Positions 11,102-21,507 of a stretch of DNA of 64,000 nt are shown here, piece by piece. The stretch comes from Vulcanimicrobiota bacterium (GTDB taxonomy: Bacteria > Vulcanimicrobiota > Vulcanimicrobiia > Vulcanimicrobiales > Vulcanimicrobiaceae): positions 576,001 to 640,000 of the forward strand of contig OY968762.1 in NCBI GenBank assembly GCA_963695225.1. The letters run 5' to 3'. The position numbers and the translations under genes were made by a program. The notes beneath the pieces were generated by a model. It saw only the letters and a list, made by a program, of their open reading frames with translations, made no database searches and was not told where the DNA came from. Position 1 is the stretch's first letter. Every line of letters starts with the position of its first letter.

Positions 11102-11132
11102 GGCGCGCTCGGCTCGCCGCGGGCCGTCGATG

Positions 11133-11204
11133 CTGGGGCGGATGGATTCGAACCACCGCATGGAGGATTCAAAGTCCCCTGCCTTACCGCTTGGCTACGC
11201 CCCA
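11133..11204 (-). tRNA. tRNA-Gln (anticodon TTG), CCA not encoded
   Basis: Reverse complement TGGGGCG-TAGCCAAGCGGTAAGGC-AGGGGA-CTTTGAA-TCCTC...GGTTCGAATCC...CGCCCCA-G folds as a cloverleaf. Confidence 0.95.
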
Positions 11205-11475
11205 ACGTGGTTAAACTCGTCCTTTTTCATACCGGTAAACGCCGCGTGACCCGGTTCGTGAGGGCCCCGCTACCCTGGTTTGTACGGCAAGTTGCCCGGC
11301 GTCCCTACGCGGGATAGGGCCGCGCCTCCGGTTCTTCCACGGCCCTCGCGCCCCCTTGGAGCGCCTCACGCCAAGTTCACGCCTGGCGGCGGGCCGGCGA
11401 AGCGAGGGGGCGCTCGGCTCCGACCTCCGGCACCTTCGAATGGTCCATACTGCGGTCCCCCGAGAGGGGCGTCCT

Positions 11476-11484
11476 TGTTATGAT
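11476..11484 (+). promoter_or_regulatory. Candidate extended -10 (TGtTATGAT) for the lipoprotein gene
   Basis: Matches TGnTAnnnT about 100 nt upstream of ATG 11588. Confidence 0.35.
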
Positions 11485-11587
11485 CTCGGCATCGGCAGCG
11501 GAGTCCGGTCCTCCGTGACGCGGCCGAGGGAATCAGCGAAGTTCCGTCTCGAGGATCGTCTTTGCGGGGTTGAATGGAGTCGTGCCG

Positions 11588-12607
11588 ATGGGCTCGTTGA
11601 AGAATGCGTCGCTGGTCGCGACGCTGCTGACCTTGTGCGCGTGCGGCGGCGGTTCATCGGGGCCATCCGCGCCCTCGATTCCGAATCTGCTGGCGGCGCC
11701 CGCCGGTGCGTCGACGCCGACTCCCGTTCAGACGAACCGGCCCGAGCCGAACCCAACCGGGATCGCATCTGCGACGCCGGCACCGAGCGCGAGCCCGAGC
11801 CCGGGCGCTCCAGGGACTCCGGGCCCGAGCCCCATCCCGTCCATGACGCCGAGTCAGGCGCCCACGCCGGCGTCCGGCGCGGTCGTCGATCTCACGTTTT
11901 CGCTCCCGCAGTTCGAATCGGCGAGCGCGTTTTCATGGCGCGTCTATCGGAACGGCGTCGCCGCTACGCCCCAGGCGAGCTCCTGCGCGGGCCTCTCCTG
12001 CTCCGCGACGCTCGCCGCGCCGGCGGGGGCGCAAACTTTCGGCATCGTCGTGACCGACGGATCCGGCTTCGTGCTCGACGACGGGACGGCGGCGCAAACG
12101 ATCGTTCCCGGCACGAACGTGGTAACGGTGTCGCTCGACCCCGTCGCCGCGAGCGCGCGCCATCTTCTGAACGTGAACGGCGCGCAAGCCACGGGCGACG
12201 TGACGCTCTCCGAAGGGACGTTCTACGGCGGATACGTCACTTTGTTCAACCACCAAACGTCGCTCATCACATCGGATCCGACGGCGAACGTGCCGTTCGT
12301 GCTCTCCGGCACCGTCGACTTCATCGATACGAATGACGACCGCACCGTCGCGCCCGTCCTCACCGTGACCTCGCTCTACGGGCCGGGCGTCAGCAACTTG
12401 AGCGGACCGGGCTCGTCGTCGTTGTGGTTCTACTCCACCACGTTGAGCGGAGACGTCGGGGTGTCGATCAAGTGCAATCGTCCCGGCCAAACGCACCTCG
12501 CAACCGTCCAGAACGGCGCCGGCTCGGTGACCGGCTTCTCGTACAGCCCAACGAACTACCCGGTCCAGGGATCGGCGCTCGACTCGTTCCAGGTCACCTG
12601 CCTTTGA
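11588..12607 (+). CDS. Putative lipoprotein with Pro/Ser/Thr-rich linker and beta-rich domain
   Basis: Signal peptide with lipobox-like LCAC-GGGSS; TPAPSASPSP-type linker. Confidence 0.75.
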   Translation: MGSLKNASLVATLLTLCACGGGSSGPSAPSIPNLLAAPAGASTPTPVQTNRPEPNPTGIASATPAPSASPSPGAPGTPGPSPIPSMTPSQAPTPASGAVVDLTFSLPQFESASAFSWRVYRNGVAATPQASSCAGLSCSATLAAPAGAQTFGIVVTDGSGFVLDDGTAAQTIVPGTNVVTVSLDPVAASARHLLNVNGAQATGDVTLSEGTFYGGYVTLFNHQTSLITSDPTANVPFVLSGTVDFIDTNDDRTVAPVLTVTSLYGPGVSNLSGPGSSSLWFYSTTLSGDVGVSIKCNRPGQTHLATVQNGAGSVTGFSYSPTNYPVQGSALDSFQVTCL

Positions 12608-12639
12608 CGGCGGATCGAAGACGGGCGGGCCGTCGCGGC

Positions 12640-13659
12640 CTATTGCCCGACGACGCTGCCGATCGAGCGCATCACGTTGGCCGGGCGCATCGCATCCGCG
12701 GCCGCCGTCGCCTCGAAGCCCGAATGCACCATGCAGTCCACGCACTTCGGGTTTCCGCTCGCGTGGCCGTACTTCTCCCACTCCGTCTCTTCGAGCAGCG
12801 CCTTGTACGACGGGGCGTAACCCTCACCGAGCAGATAGCAGGGCTTCTGCCAGCCGAAGAGGCTGTACGACGGCATGCCCCACGGCGTGCAATCGTATTC
12901 CTTTTCGCCCGTCAAGAAGTCGAGGAAGAACGGGCTTGCGTTGAACTGCCACTTCTTCTTCCCGGTCCTCCACGGCTCGAGCATCGCGCGGAAAAGTTGC
13001 GTCGTTTGCGCGCGGGCTAAGAAGTGATCTTGATCCGCCGCCTTCTCGTAGCGGTATCCCGGAGAGATCGTCATACCGTCGATGCGGAGGTCGTCCGTGA
13101 GGAAATCGAAGAACTCCCCGAACTCCTTCGGGTCGGCATTGTCGAAAATCGTCGTGTTCGTCGTGACGCGGAAGCCGCGCGCCTTCGCAGCGCGAATCGC
13201 CTTCACGGCGACGTCGAAGACTCCAGGTCGCGCGACGGCCGCATCGTGGACTTCCTTGGGGCCGTCGAGGTGGACGCTGAACGAGAAGTACGGCGAGGGA
13301 TGGAACTTCATCAGGCTCTCTTCGAGCCGGATCGCGTTCGTGCAGAGGTAGACGAACTTCTTTCGCGCCACGAGGCCCGCGACGATCCGGTCGATCTGCG
13401 GATGCAGCAGCGGCTCGCCGCCGGGAATCGAGACGACGGGCGCGCCGCATTCCTCGGCGGCCGCGAAACACTGCTCGGGGGTGAGGTGCGCGCGCAGCAC
13501 GTCGACCGGATGCTGGATCTTCCCGCAGCCCTTACACGCGAGGTTGCAACGGAACAGCGGTTCGAGCATCAGCACCAGCGGATAGCGCTTCTTCCCGGCG
13601 AGGCGTTGGCGGACCACGTACGAGCCGACGGCGGCGGCCTGTTTGAGCGAGATGGACAA
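12640..13659 (-). CDS. hpnH: Adenosylhopane synthase, radical SAM
   Basis: [33 protein letters not shown]...[18 protein letters not shown]. Confidence 0.95.
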   Translation of the reverse strand: MSISLKQAAAVGSYVVRQRLAGKKRYPLVLMLEPLFRCNLACKGCGKIQHPVDVLRAHLTPEQCFAAAEECGAPVVSIPGGEPLLHPQIDRIVAGLVARKKFVYLCTNAIRLEESLMKFHPSPYFSFSVHLDGPKEVHDAAVARPGVFDVAVKAIRAAKARGFRVTTNTTIFDNADPKEFGEFFDFLTDDLRIDGMTISPGYRYEKAADQDHFLARAQTTQLFRAMLEPWRTGKKKWQFNASPFFLDFLTGEKEYDCTPWGMPSYSLFGWQKPCYLLGEGYAPSYKALLEETEWEKYGHASGNPKCVDCMVHSGFEATAAADAMRPANVMRSIGSVVGQ

Positions 13660-13669
13660 GACGGACTCC

Positions 13670-14656
13670 CTACTGCGGGTCGAGCATGCCGCGTTCGCGG
13701 AACCACGCGACGGCTCCGGCCAGCGCGGGGTCGAGCGGACCGGGCGCGTAACCCAAGTCCCGTTCCGCCTTCGCGCTCAGGTAGAACATTCGCTGCCGGC
13801 TCATCCGCACGGCGTCGACCTCCGCTTCCGGTTTGACGCCCAACGAGCCGGCGACGGCTTCCGCGCCGGCGGCATAGGCTAACGCGAGGGCGTGCGGGAC
13901 GCGGAGCGTGGGGGCGGGACGCCCGACCAGTGGGGCAAGACGTTCGAGCAAGGCCCTCAGGGTGAGGTTCTCGTGACCGAGGATGTAACGCTCCCCCGTC
14001 CGTCCCCGCTCGTACGCGAGCAGATGGCCGCGCGCGACGTCCCGCACGTCGACGACGTTGAGGCCCGTCTCGACGTACGCGGGCATTCGGCCGGTCGCGA
14101 AGCGGACCAGAATCTCACCGGTCGGCGTCGGCTTGGCGTCCCAGGCCCCGATCGGCGTCGAGGGGTTCACGATCACCACGTCGAGCCCGCCGTGCGCGGC
14201 CGCGCGTACCGCTTCCTCGGCAAAGTATTTCGAGCGCTTGTACGCGCCGATCAGCGCGCCGGCAGGACTCTGATACGATTCGTCCGCGGGGCGCCCGTCG
14301 GCGCGGGTGCCTATGGCCGCCACCGAGCTCGTGTGCACGACGCGCGGGATCCGCGCAGCCCGAGCGGCGGAGAGGACCGCCTGCGTCCCGGCGACGTTCG
14401 CGTGCATGACGGCGGTCGCGTCGCGCCGCGCGAGAGAGTAGAGCGCGGCGACGTGGAAGAGCGCGTCGCAGCCTCGCATGGCCGCGGCAAGCGTGGGGAG
14501 GAAGAGGTCCCCCGCGACGCATTCGACCGGGAGGCCGTCGAGGTTCGGGGCCGCCCCGCGCACGAGCGCGCGTACGGCCCAGCCCTCGTCGAGGAGCGCT
14601 CGCACGAGATTCGCACCGACGAAGCCCGAGGCCCCGGTCACGAATGCGGTGCGCAT
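13670..14656 (-). CDS. hpnA: Hopanoid-associated NAD-dependent epimerase/dehydratase
   Basis: [31 protein letters not shown]; start MRTAFVTG. Confidence 0.9.
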   Translation of the reverse strand: MRTAFVTGASGFVGANLVRALLDEGWAVRALVRGAAPNLDGLPVECVAGDLFLPTLAAAMRGCDALFHVAALYSLARRDATAVMHANVAGTQAVLSAARAARIPRVVHTSSVAAIGTRADGRPADESYQSPAGALIGAYKRSKYFAEEAVRAAAHGGLDVVIVNPSTPIGAWDAKPTPTGEILVRFATGRMPAYVETGLNVVDVRDVARGHLLAYERGRTGERYILGHENLTLRALLERLAPLVGRPAPTLRVPHALALAYAAGAEAVAGSLGVKPEAEVDAVRMSRQRMFYLSAKAERDLGYAPGPLDPALAGAVAWFRERGMLDPQ

Positions 14657-14661
14657 CGCCG

Positions 14662-15702
14662 TCAGCGCGTCGCCAGCCGGTATTCGCGCGCGCGAACGGA
14701 GTCGACGAGCCGGCGCAGCGTCCCGTTCGTCAGCGACGCCGGCGGTGCGGCAAGCGCGATCGCCTTCACTTCGTCGCGCGTGATCTTCACGCTCCCGCCG
14801 GGTGCGAGCATCGCGTCCGACCGGTCGAGTTCGCGTAACGTCGCGACGGCCAAGAGCACAGGCAAGGCGCAAAAGACGCGCACGCGCGGCGCGCCGAACG
14901 GAATCGCTTCGATGTAAGCGACGGCGCGTTCGAGATCCTTGCGTGCGAGCTCGATCAGCGGCTGCAATGCGGACCGGTTGGCGGCGCGCTGCGGCGCCGA
15001 CAGCAGACGATCTTGACTGCTGCCGCGCGACGCGAGCAGATCGGCCGGCACGTAGATCGCGTTCTCGCGTTCCGCGTCCCAGGCGATGTCCTTGAGGATG
15101 TTGACGGTCTGCAGCGCTTCCCCGAAGGCCTCGCAATCGCGCAGGAGCCGTTCCATGACGCCGGCGCTTACCGCGTGCGAGTGCGCGTGCCACAACTCCG
15201 TGAGTAAGTACCCGACCGTTCCGGCGACGTAATAGCAATACGTGCGGAACTCGTCGATCGAGCCGAGCCGCAGACCCTGTGGATACTTCAAGACGAAACG
15301 CCGCATGCCGGCGACCATCTTCGTCACCCAGCGCCGCAGGATCGCGCGGCTGTCCGGATCGAGCGCCCGGAATGCGGCGAAGACTTCGGAGCCCGCCGCG
15401 ACGAGTTCGCGGTGGTCCTCGATTCCGGTCAGTTCCGCGGCCATCGCGGCGAACGGCGTCCCGGCATCGTCGAACGCGGCGACGAACCGGTCCAACAATT
15501 CGGCCTTCCTATGCGCCGGAAGTTCGAGGTCGTCTTCGATCGTGTCCGCGATGCGGCACAGCAAATACCCCACGCGAACCGGACGTTCCAGACGCAGGGG
15601 CAACATCCGGATCCCCAGCGCGAACGTACGGGAAACGCGCGGCAAGAGCAGGCGAAGACGACGCTCGCTGCTCGCGTCGAGCGGCTCGAGCGCGAACGTC
15701 AT
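14662..15702 (-). CDS. Squalene/phytoene synthase, single-enzyme squalene synthase type
   Basis: VSRTFAL, YLLCRIADTIEDD, YCYYVAGTVG, LQTVNILKD. Confidence 0.85.
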   Translation of the reverse strand: MTFALEPLDASSERRLRLLLPRVSRTFALGIRMLPLRLERPVRVGYLLCRIADTIEDDLELPAHRKAELLDRFVAAFDDAGTPFAAMAAELTGIEDHRELVAAGSEVFAAFRALDPDSRAILRRWVTKMVAGMRRFVLKYPQGLRLGSIDEFRTYCYYVAGTVGYLLTELWHAHSHAVSAGVMERLLRDCEAFGEALQTVNILKDIAWDAERENAIYVPADLLASRGSSQDRLLSAPQRAANRSALQPLIELARKDLERAVAYIEAIPFGAPRVRVFCALPVLLAVATLRELDRSDAMLAPGGSVKITRDEVKAIALAAPPASLTNGTLRRLVDSVRAREYRLATR

Positions 15703-15732
15703 CCGCCGCGTGCGGTCCCGCGCGCGCGCGGC

Positions 15733-17679
15733 TCAGCGAGCCGCGCGGCGCGCATAACGTCCCAATGCGGAGAGCGGGAATTGCAGGCGATACTGATGGT
15801 AATTCAGATAGAAGTGCTGCGGAAAACCCGTTCCCGTGAAATGCGGTTCGTCCCATGTGCCTTCGGGCGTTTGCGTGCGCAGCAGATACGCGACGCCGGT
15901 TTCGATCGAAGCCTCGAACGCGCCCGCGATCTCCGGCAGCCGTTCCGCCGCCGCGAGCAAGCCGATGAGGCCCCACGCCGTTTGACTCGCGGTCGACGGG
16001 CCGGTGCCGCGGAGCGACGGCTTGCGATACGTTTCGGTCGTTTCGCCCCAGCCGCCGTCAGCGTTTTGCACGCTGCGCAGCCAGACCGCTCCGCGCACGA
16101 CCGCGCGATCGATCTCGCGCCCCGCCTGCATCGGCCCGAGCGCGGCGAGCGCGTTGCTCGTGCCGTAGACGTAGTTCACGCCCCAACGTCCGAACCAGGC
16201 GCCGTCGGCCTCTTGTTCGGCAAGCAAATATCTCAGACCGCGCTCGAAGCGCCACGTCTCGAAACGTGCGTCGACGCGAGCGACCATCTCCAGCACGCGC
16301 GCGGTGACGTCGGCCGTGTTTGGATCGATCATCGCTTTGAGGTCGCCGTATTGAATGCGATTGAGCCACGCCTTGTCGTTGTCGACATCGAACGCGGCCC
16401 AGCCGCCGGGCTTGCACTGCATCGTTGCGATCCACTGCACGCCCCGCTCGATCGCTGCACGCACCCGATCGGGCTGCGGATGATCGACCGCCGCGATCGC
16501 CATGACCGCCATCGCGGAATCGTCCACGTCGGGATACCAAGAGTTGTCGAACTCGAAGGCCCACCCGCCGGGCTTTCCCGTGCGGTTCTTGACCGCCCAA
16601 TCGCCGTAGCGCGCGACGATCTGCTTTTCCATCAACCAGGAAACCGCGCGCACGAGCCGGGGGTCGTCGCGCCGCACGTTCGCATCGACGAGCGCCCGAA
16701 CCGCGATCGCCGTATCCCACACGGGGGAGAGGCACGGCTGCACGCGATACGCGCCGCCTCCCCTCACCGTGAAGCCGTCGAGCGCCGCGAAGCCGCGCAC
16801 GACGACGGGATCTTCGACGTCGTAGTCGAGCGCGCGCAGCGCGAGCATCGCGTTGAGCATCGCGGGGATGATCCCAGCCCAATCGCCGGTCTCTTCCTGC
16901 CGTTCGACGGTCCAGCGCTCGGCCGCGCGCAGACCGGCGGCGCGGAACGGAACCAATCCGTTGTGATCCATCCAGCGTAGCGCGGCGTCGACCCCGTTGA
17001 GCGCGATCGCCAGCAGATCGTCGGTCGAATCCGGCAGCACGAAGCGCGCGCTCTCGCGTCCCTCTACCCAGAGTTCGTCGAGCGAATACGGCGCTCCGTA
17101 CACGGGCTTGCGATCGAATACGATCGTCAGCGGTACGGTGCTGGCGCGCGCCCAACTCGAGAGATCGTAGATCGAGAGCGGCCCGCGCTCGGGCAGCAAG
17201 ATCAGCCACGCCGGCAACGACGGAAGCGCGCTCCATTCGAACGCGCCGACGAGCGCGAGATGCATCTTCGTGAAGATGCGTGCCTTCGCGATGCCGCCGC
17301 GCGCGAGGATGAAGGCGCGCGCGCGCACGAGCGCCGAATCCGAAGCCGGAACGCCGAGCATGCGCAGGGCGAGATACGCTTCAATCGTGACGCTGAGTTC
17401 GCCGCCGTCGCCGTAGGCCAGCTCCCAACCTCCGTGAGCCCGTTGCTCGCCCCGGAAATAGCGCTCGGCATCTGCGCGCGGCACGCGCTCGAACGTTCCC
17501 CAAACGTAATGCAGGAGCATCAGCTCCGCCGTCATCGTGACGTTCGATTGCAATTCTGCCCACCAATCGCCGCTGGGCCGTTGCAGCGCGAAGAGTGCGG
17601 CCGTCGCGCGCTCGACGGCGGCGTCGACGGAAGCGGGGTCAACGCCGAGGGCGTCAGAAGATTGGACTTCGATGCTCAT
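15733..17679 (-). CDS. shc: Squalene-hopene cyclase
   Basis: YPDVDDSA (DxDD), QW repeats, WFGRWGVNYVYGT, FTGTGFP. Confidence 0.97.
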   Translation of the reverse strand: MSIEVQSSDALGVDPASVDAAVERATAALFALQRPSGDWWAELQSNVTMTAELMLLHYVWGTFERVPRADAERYFRGEQRAHGGWELAYGDGGELSVTIEAYLALRMLGVPASDSALVRARAFILARGGIAKARIFTKMHLALVGAFEWSALPSLPAWLILLPERGPLSIYDLSSWARASTVPLTIVFDRKPVYGAPYSLDELWVEGRESARFVLPDSTDDLLAIALNGVDAALRWMDHNGLVPFRAAGLRAAERWTVERQEETGDWAGIIPAMLNAMLALRALDYDVEDPVVVRGFAALDGFTVRGGGAYRVQPCLSPVWDTAIAVRALVDANVRRDDPRLVRAVSWLMEKQIVARYGDWAVKNRTGKPGGWAFEFDNSWYPDVDDSAMAVMAIAAVDHPQPDRVRAAIERGVQWIATMQCKPGGWAAFDVDNDKAWLNRIQYGDLKAMIDPNTADVTARVLEMVARVDARFETWRFERGLRYLLAEQEADGAWFGRWGVNYVYGTSNALAALGPMQAGREIDRAVVRGAVWLRSVQNADGGWGETTETYRKPSLRGTGPSTASQTAWGLIGLLAAAERLPEIAGAFEASIETGVAYLLRTQTPEGTWDEPHFTGTGFPQHFYLNYHQYRLQFPLSALGRYARRAAR

Positions 17680-18823
17680 ACTCGCTCGAGCGGCCGTCTG
17701 GGCCGGTGCTGCCGCGTGGTTTGGTCTCGTAGTCGCACGTGGCTCATTTTGGCGCTCGCGAGGCGTCGGCCTCCGCTCGCCCCACCCGAATCGCACGCTG
17801 CCGGACGTCCGGGCCGTCATCCCCGCGCGAGACGAAGCCGACGTGTTGCCGGAAACGCTGGCGAGCCTGCGCGCGCAGCGGTATCCTGGGAATTTCTCGA
17901 TACTCCTCGTCGACGACCTCAGCACCGACGGAACGCCCCGCGTCGCGGCCGGCGCCGGCGTCGAGGTCCTCCCCGGCGCAACTCGCCCCGAAGGCTGGAC
18001 CGGAAAGGTGTGGGCGCTCGAACAGGGCGTCCGGGCCGTTCGCGAGCGCGGTGAACGGCCCGCCTACTGGTGGTTCACCGACGCGGACGTCGTGCACGGT
18101 CCCGACGTCCTCGCGCAGCTCGTCGCAACCGCGCAGGACGAGAATCGCGACATCGTCTCGCTGATGGTACAGCTCCACTGCCGCACGCCCGCGGAACGGC
18201 TCCTGATCCCGGCGTTCGTCTTCTTCTTCATGAAGCTCTACCCGTTTCGCTGGGTCGCCGACTCGCGACGGGCGACGGCGGCCGCGGCCGGCGGCTGCCT
18301 CTTGCTGCGCGCCGGCGCACTCGAACGCATCGGCGGCGTCGCGCGCATCAAAGACGCGCTGATCGACGACGTCGCGCTCGCCCGCGCCGTGAAGGATTCC
18401 GGGGGCGCGCTGCGCCTCGAACTGGCCGACCAATCGCGGAGCATTCGACCGTACACGACGCTGGGCGCGATCTGGTCGATGGTCGCGCGCACTGCATACA
18501 CGCAGCTCCGCTACTCGCCGGCGCTCTTGGCAGGGACCGTGCTCGGCATGGGCGTGCTGTACCTGGTTCCCCCGGTCGCGACCGTTGCGGGAATCGCGCG
18601 GCGCCGCCCCGCTACGGCGGCGGCGGGGGCTTCGGCGTGGATCGCGCTCTCGCTGGCATACGTGCCGACGCTGCGCCGTTATCGAACCAGCGCGTGGCTC
18701 GCGCCGCTCTTGCCCGTCGCGGCACTCTTGTACACGGCAATGACCGTCGATTCGGCGCTGCGCCACATGCGCGGCGCGGGCGGCGCGTGGAAAGGACGGA
18801 CGTTCAACCCGGCAGGGCGCTGA
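17672..18823 (+). CDS. hpnB: Hopanoid-associated GT2 glycosyltransferase
   Basis: ARGSFWR, VIPARDE, DDLSTDGT, GWTGKVWAL, TDAD, ALIDD, AWKGR. Confidence 0.88.
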   Translation: MLILARAAVWAGAAAWFGLVVARGSFWRSRGVGLRSPHPNRTLPDVRAVIPARDEADVLPETLASLRAQRYPGNFSILLVDDLSTDGTPRVAAGAGVEVLPGATRPEGWTGKVWALEQGVRAVRERGERPAYWWFTDADVVHGPDVLAQLVATAQDENRDIVSLMVQLHCRTPAERLLIPAFVFFFMKLYPFRWVADSRRATAAAAGGCLLLRAGALERIGGVARIKDALIDDVALARAVKDSGGALRLELADQSRSIRPYTTLGAIWSMVARTAYTQLRYSPALLAGTVLGMGVLYLVPPVATVAGIARRRPATAAAGASAWIALSLAYVPTLRRYRTSAWLAPLLPVAALLYTAMTVDSALRHMRGAGGAWKGRTFNPAGR

Positions 18824-19421
18824 GCAGGCGCACGACGCGTTCCAGCGCTGCGAGCGCGCGCATGCCGTCGCGCGCGAAACGCGCCGCCGCGAACGGCCGG
18901 CGCGCGAACGCCAGGGCCACGCGTTCTGGCCGCAGCATCCCCGCCGCGTCGATCGCGCGGCCGAGCGGCGGCAGATCGTGGAGCGCATCGTCGCTGACGA
19001 CCCGCACCATCGAGAAACGAATCCCCTTCGCCTCGAGTGCGGCGGCCAGCGACGTTCCCTCCATGTCGACGACCGAGGCCCCCGTCCGCAGCCCGAGTTC
19101 GCGCTTCTCGCGCGCCGACGTCACGATGTGGTCCGAGGTGTACGCAACGGCGCGAACCGACCCGGCCAGCGCGGCGGCCGGCGCCGCGTCGCACCGATAG
19201 CGGCGCGCGTCGTCGATGACCGCTTCGTAGACGACGACCGTCTCCGGCGCCAGCGGCGCAAGCGCGCCGCAGAGGCCGGCTACGATGACGCGTTCGGCCG
19301 AGAGATCGGCGGGAAGTGCTTCGCCGGCGCGCGCGCCCGCGGGCAGCGCGCAGACTCGCACGCCGGCACGGCGCGCCGCAGCCTCCTCCGCGCCGCGCGG
19401 AACCAGGAAGAGCGCGTTCAT
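18804..19421 (-). CDS. hpnG: Nucleoside phosphorylase-like protein (HpnG-like)
   Basis: AGLCGAL, VDMEG, RVVSDDA; lies in the hopanoid cluster; ATGA-coupled to the MFS gene. Confidence 0.7.
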   Translation of the reverse strand: MNALFLVPRGAEEAAARRAGVRVCALPAGARAGEALPADLSAERVIVAGLCGALAPLAPETVVVYEAVIDDARRYRCDAAPAAALAGSVRAVAYTSDHIVTSAREKRELGLRTGASVVDMEGTSLAAALEAKGIRFSMVRVVSDDALHDLPPLGRAIDAAGMLRPERVALAFARRPFAAARFARDGMRALAALERVVRLLSALPG

Positions 19422-20659
19422 GGCCCGTCGAGTTCCGCGACGGGATCCCGCCGCATCACCGGGAGCGCGGCAGCTGCGCGCGTACGCGCGCCGATCCGTA
19501 GCACGGTCAGCGAGCCGAGTGCGAAACAAACGCCCGCGCAACTGAACAAGTTACGGAATCCGACCTGCGCGTTCGGGGCGTGGGAGAGGACGAACGCCCC
19601 GACGATCGGCGCGGCGATCATCGGCAGGTTGGAGACCGTAGCCCAAATCCCGAGGTCGCGCGCGATGTCGCCGAGTTCGGGGATCGCGTCGAGCGCGAGC
19701 GCCCAACCAACCGAGAAGACGGCTCCGAACCCGAGACCGAACAAGATGGCGTACCCGAAGATGAAGCGAAGGTCGGGGAACGCCGCGAAACCGATGGCGG
19801 AGAGCGTCATCGGAATGCCGGCGACGGCCACGACGAGCCGCCGGTCGATGCGATCGGAAAGGACGCCCGCGAGGATGCTCGAGAGGATCGCGCCGAGAAG
19901 CGCGGACCCCGCGACGAACCCCGTCTCGAGCGACGCGTTGCGAACGCCGAGTACGTCGGTGAAGAAATACAGCACGTACGTGTTGAGCAACGCCATCCCG
20001 AGGATGATGAATCCGCGCGCGATCACGGTCACGATCAGGTCGTGGCGGTCGCGGACCTTCGCGTGCTCGGCATGCTCGGTGCCGCGTGCCGGAACGACGC
20101 CCAGCGAAAGCGCTCCCGCTACGACGACCGCCGCGGTGATCGCGAGGGCGGCATTCGCCGCCAGCAAGCCCGCGGCCGCAAGGCCGAAGACCGTGCCGAG
20201 CAGCGTGAGCGCGCCGCGCACGCCGGTCGCCGTGCCCCACGCGCTGCGCGGCGTAAGTTCGGGTAGCAGCGCTTGGTAGATCGTCGTCGCGGCGGTCAGG
20301 GCGATCGTCGCAACGACCAATCCGAGCCCCACCTGCCAGGTCGTCGTCGCGAAGATCAAGGCCCCGATCGCGAGCGCGTCGACGATCAGCGCGATGCCGG
20401 TTTCGATGCGCCGGTCGCCGCCGCGCCGTTGCTCGCGATCCGAGAACGCGCCGGCGATCGGCGGCACGATCGTCCCCGCGACCGCGGCGAGCGTCGTGAG
20501 AACCGCTAGCGCCCAGACGTGCCCCGCCGGATCGATGCGCAGCAAGACCGCCGGAATGACGATCGCGAGCAAGGCGCCTTCTTGGAACTGAACCGCGACC
20601 CACAGCGCATTGAGTGCGACGTGGAAGCGAACGCCCGGCCGGGACTCAGTTGCCGCCAC
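19418..20659 (-). CDS. MFS transporter
   Basis: About 12 hydrophobic helices; GAFSDR and GVLSDRIDRR motif A. Confidence 0.9.
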   Translation of the reverse strand: MAATESRPGVRFHVALNALWVAVQFQEGALLAIVIPAVLLRIDPAGHVWALAVLTTLAAVAGTIVPPIAGAFSDREQRRGGDRRIETGIALIVDALAIGALIFATTTWQVGLGLVVATIALTAATTIYQALLPELTPRSAWGTATGVRGALTLLGTVFGLAAAGLLAANAALAITAAVVVAGALSLGVVPARGTEHAEHAKVRDRHDLIVTVIARGFIILGMALLNTYVLYFFTDVLGVRNASLETGFVAGSALLGAILSSILAGVLSDRIDRRLVVAVAGIPMTLSAIGFAAFPDLRFIFGYAILFGLGFGAVFSVGWALALDAIPELGDIARDLGIWATVSNLPMIAAPIVGAFVLSHAPNAQVGFRNLFSCAGVCFALGSLTVLRIGARTRAAAALPVMRRDPVAELDGP

Positions 20660-21299
20660 TAGAAGGCGGGCGATCCGCTGAGGCGCCGGCTTGGTTTGCG
20701 GCTTCTTCGGTTACGAGCTTGTAGTCCTCGAACCTAGCCTGGGCGAGCACGTGGTAGCCGGGAACTTTGATTTCCGCATTCTCGGTCTTCGGTAAGGGAA
20801 AGCCGTCGATGCGCGAGGGATTGACTTCGACCGCGATCCAGCCGCCGTTGAGGTAATTCCACTGCACGCGGCGCAAGCCATCGTCGTCGATCTCGGCGGC
20901 GACGTTCTTGAGATGCCCTTTGTCGTGGGCCATCATCAGCAAATGAAACCGGTCGCCGACTTTTTGAACGTCCGTGAAATCGTACGTCTCTTTCCACTTC
21001 GAGGGTTCGAGCGGGTCGAGGTTGATGTTCTCCCAACCCTTCCCGAACCACGGCACGTGATGGAAATGAATCGAAAAGAGATCGGGCTTCTTGAACGAGC
21101 CGTCGCCGTCGAGGTGGATGCCGATGTACGGGAAGGTCTTGAGCTTGAAGTCGACGTGGATCTTAAACGTGTACGATTGGAGCGGCGCCATGCGCGCCGC
21201 CGAGCTCGCTATGACTTGGGACGCCTCGTCGGCCGGCGCGCTTCCCAAGAGCGCGACGGTCGCCACGAGCGCAAACATACCCCGCAACAAACCCCGCAT
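20646..21299 (-). CDS. Hypothetical exported protein (possibly LolA-like fold)
   Basis: N-terminal signal peptide and beta-rich mature region. Confidence 0.65.
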   Translation of the reverse strand: MRGLLRGMFALVATVALLGSAPADEASQVIASSAARMAPLQSYTFKIHVDFKLKTFPYIGIHLDGDGSFKKPDLFSIHFHHVPWFGKGWENINLDPLEPSKWKETYDFTDVQKVGDRFHLLMMAHDKGHLKNVAAEIDDDGLRRVQWNYLNGGWIAVEVNPSRIDGFPLPKTENAEIKVPGYHVLAQARFEDYKLVTEEAANQAGASADRPPSSGGN

Positions 21300-21425
21300 A
21301 GCTTCCGTGTCTTCGTGATTCGAACGACCGTTGCCCTCGTTTCGGCGGGGATTCGCGCGCTTGGAGCCTCCGGCGCCTCGCGGGCGCGCGGTTGAGGGCC
21401 TGTGCTGCGACGGCTCTCGGATGCC

Positions 21426-21464
21426 GAAAAGTGAAAGCGCCCTCGCTCTCGCGAGGACGCTTTC
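21426..21464 (-). terminator. Probable intrinsic terminator after the NlpC/P60 gene
   Basis: Minus strand GAAAGCGTCCTCGC-gaga-GCGAGGGCGCTTTC followed by ACTTTT. Confidence 0.6.
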
Positions 21465-21507
21465 GCGTTCCGATGACCCTTACGTCTCAGACGGAACGCA
21501 AACCCCT

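Noticed and set aside
11102..11161. SnoaL-like ORF apparently overlapping tRNA-Gln
   Set aside because: A GTG at 11101 gives a complete domain without overlap, and no duplicated tRNA-Gln 3' end was seen
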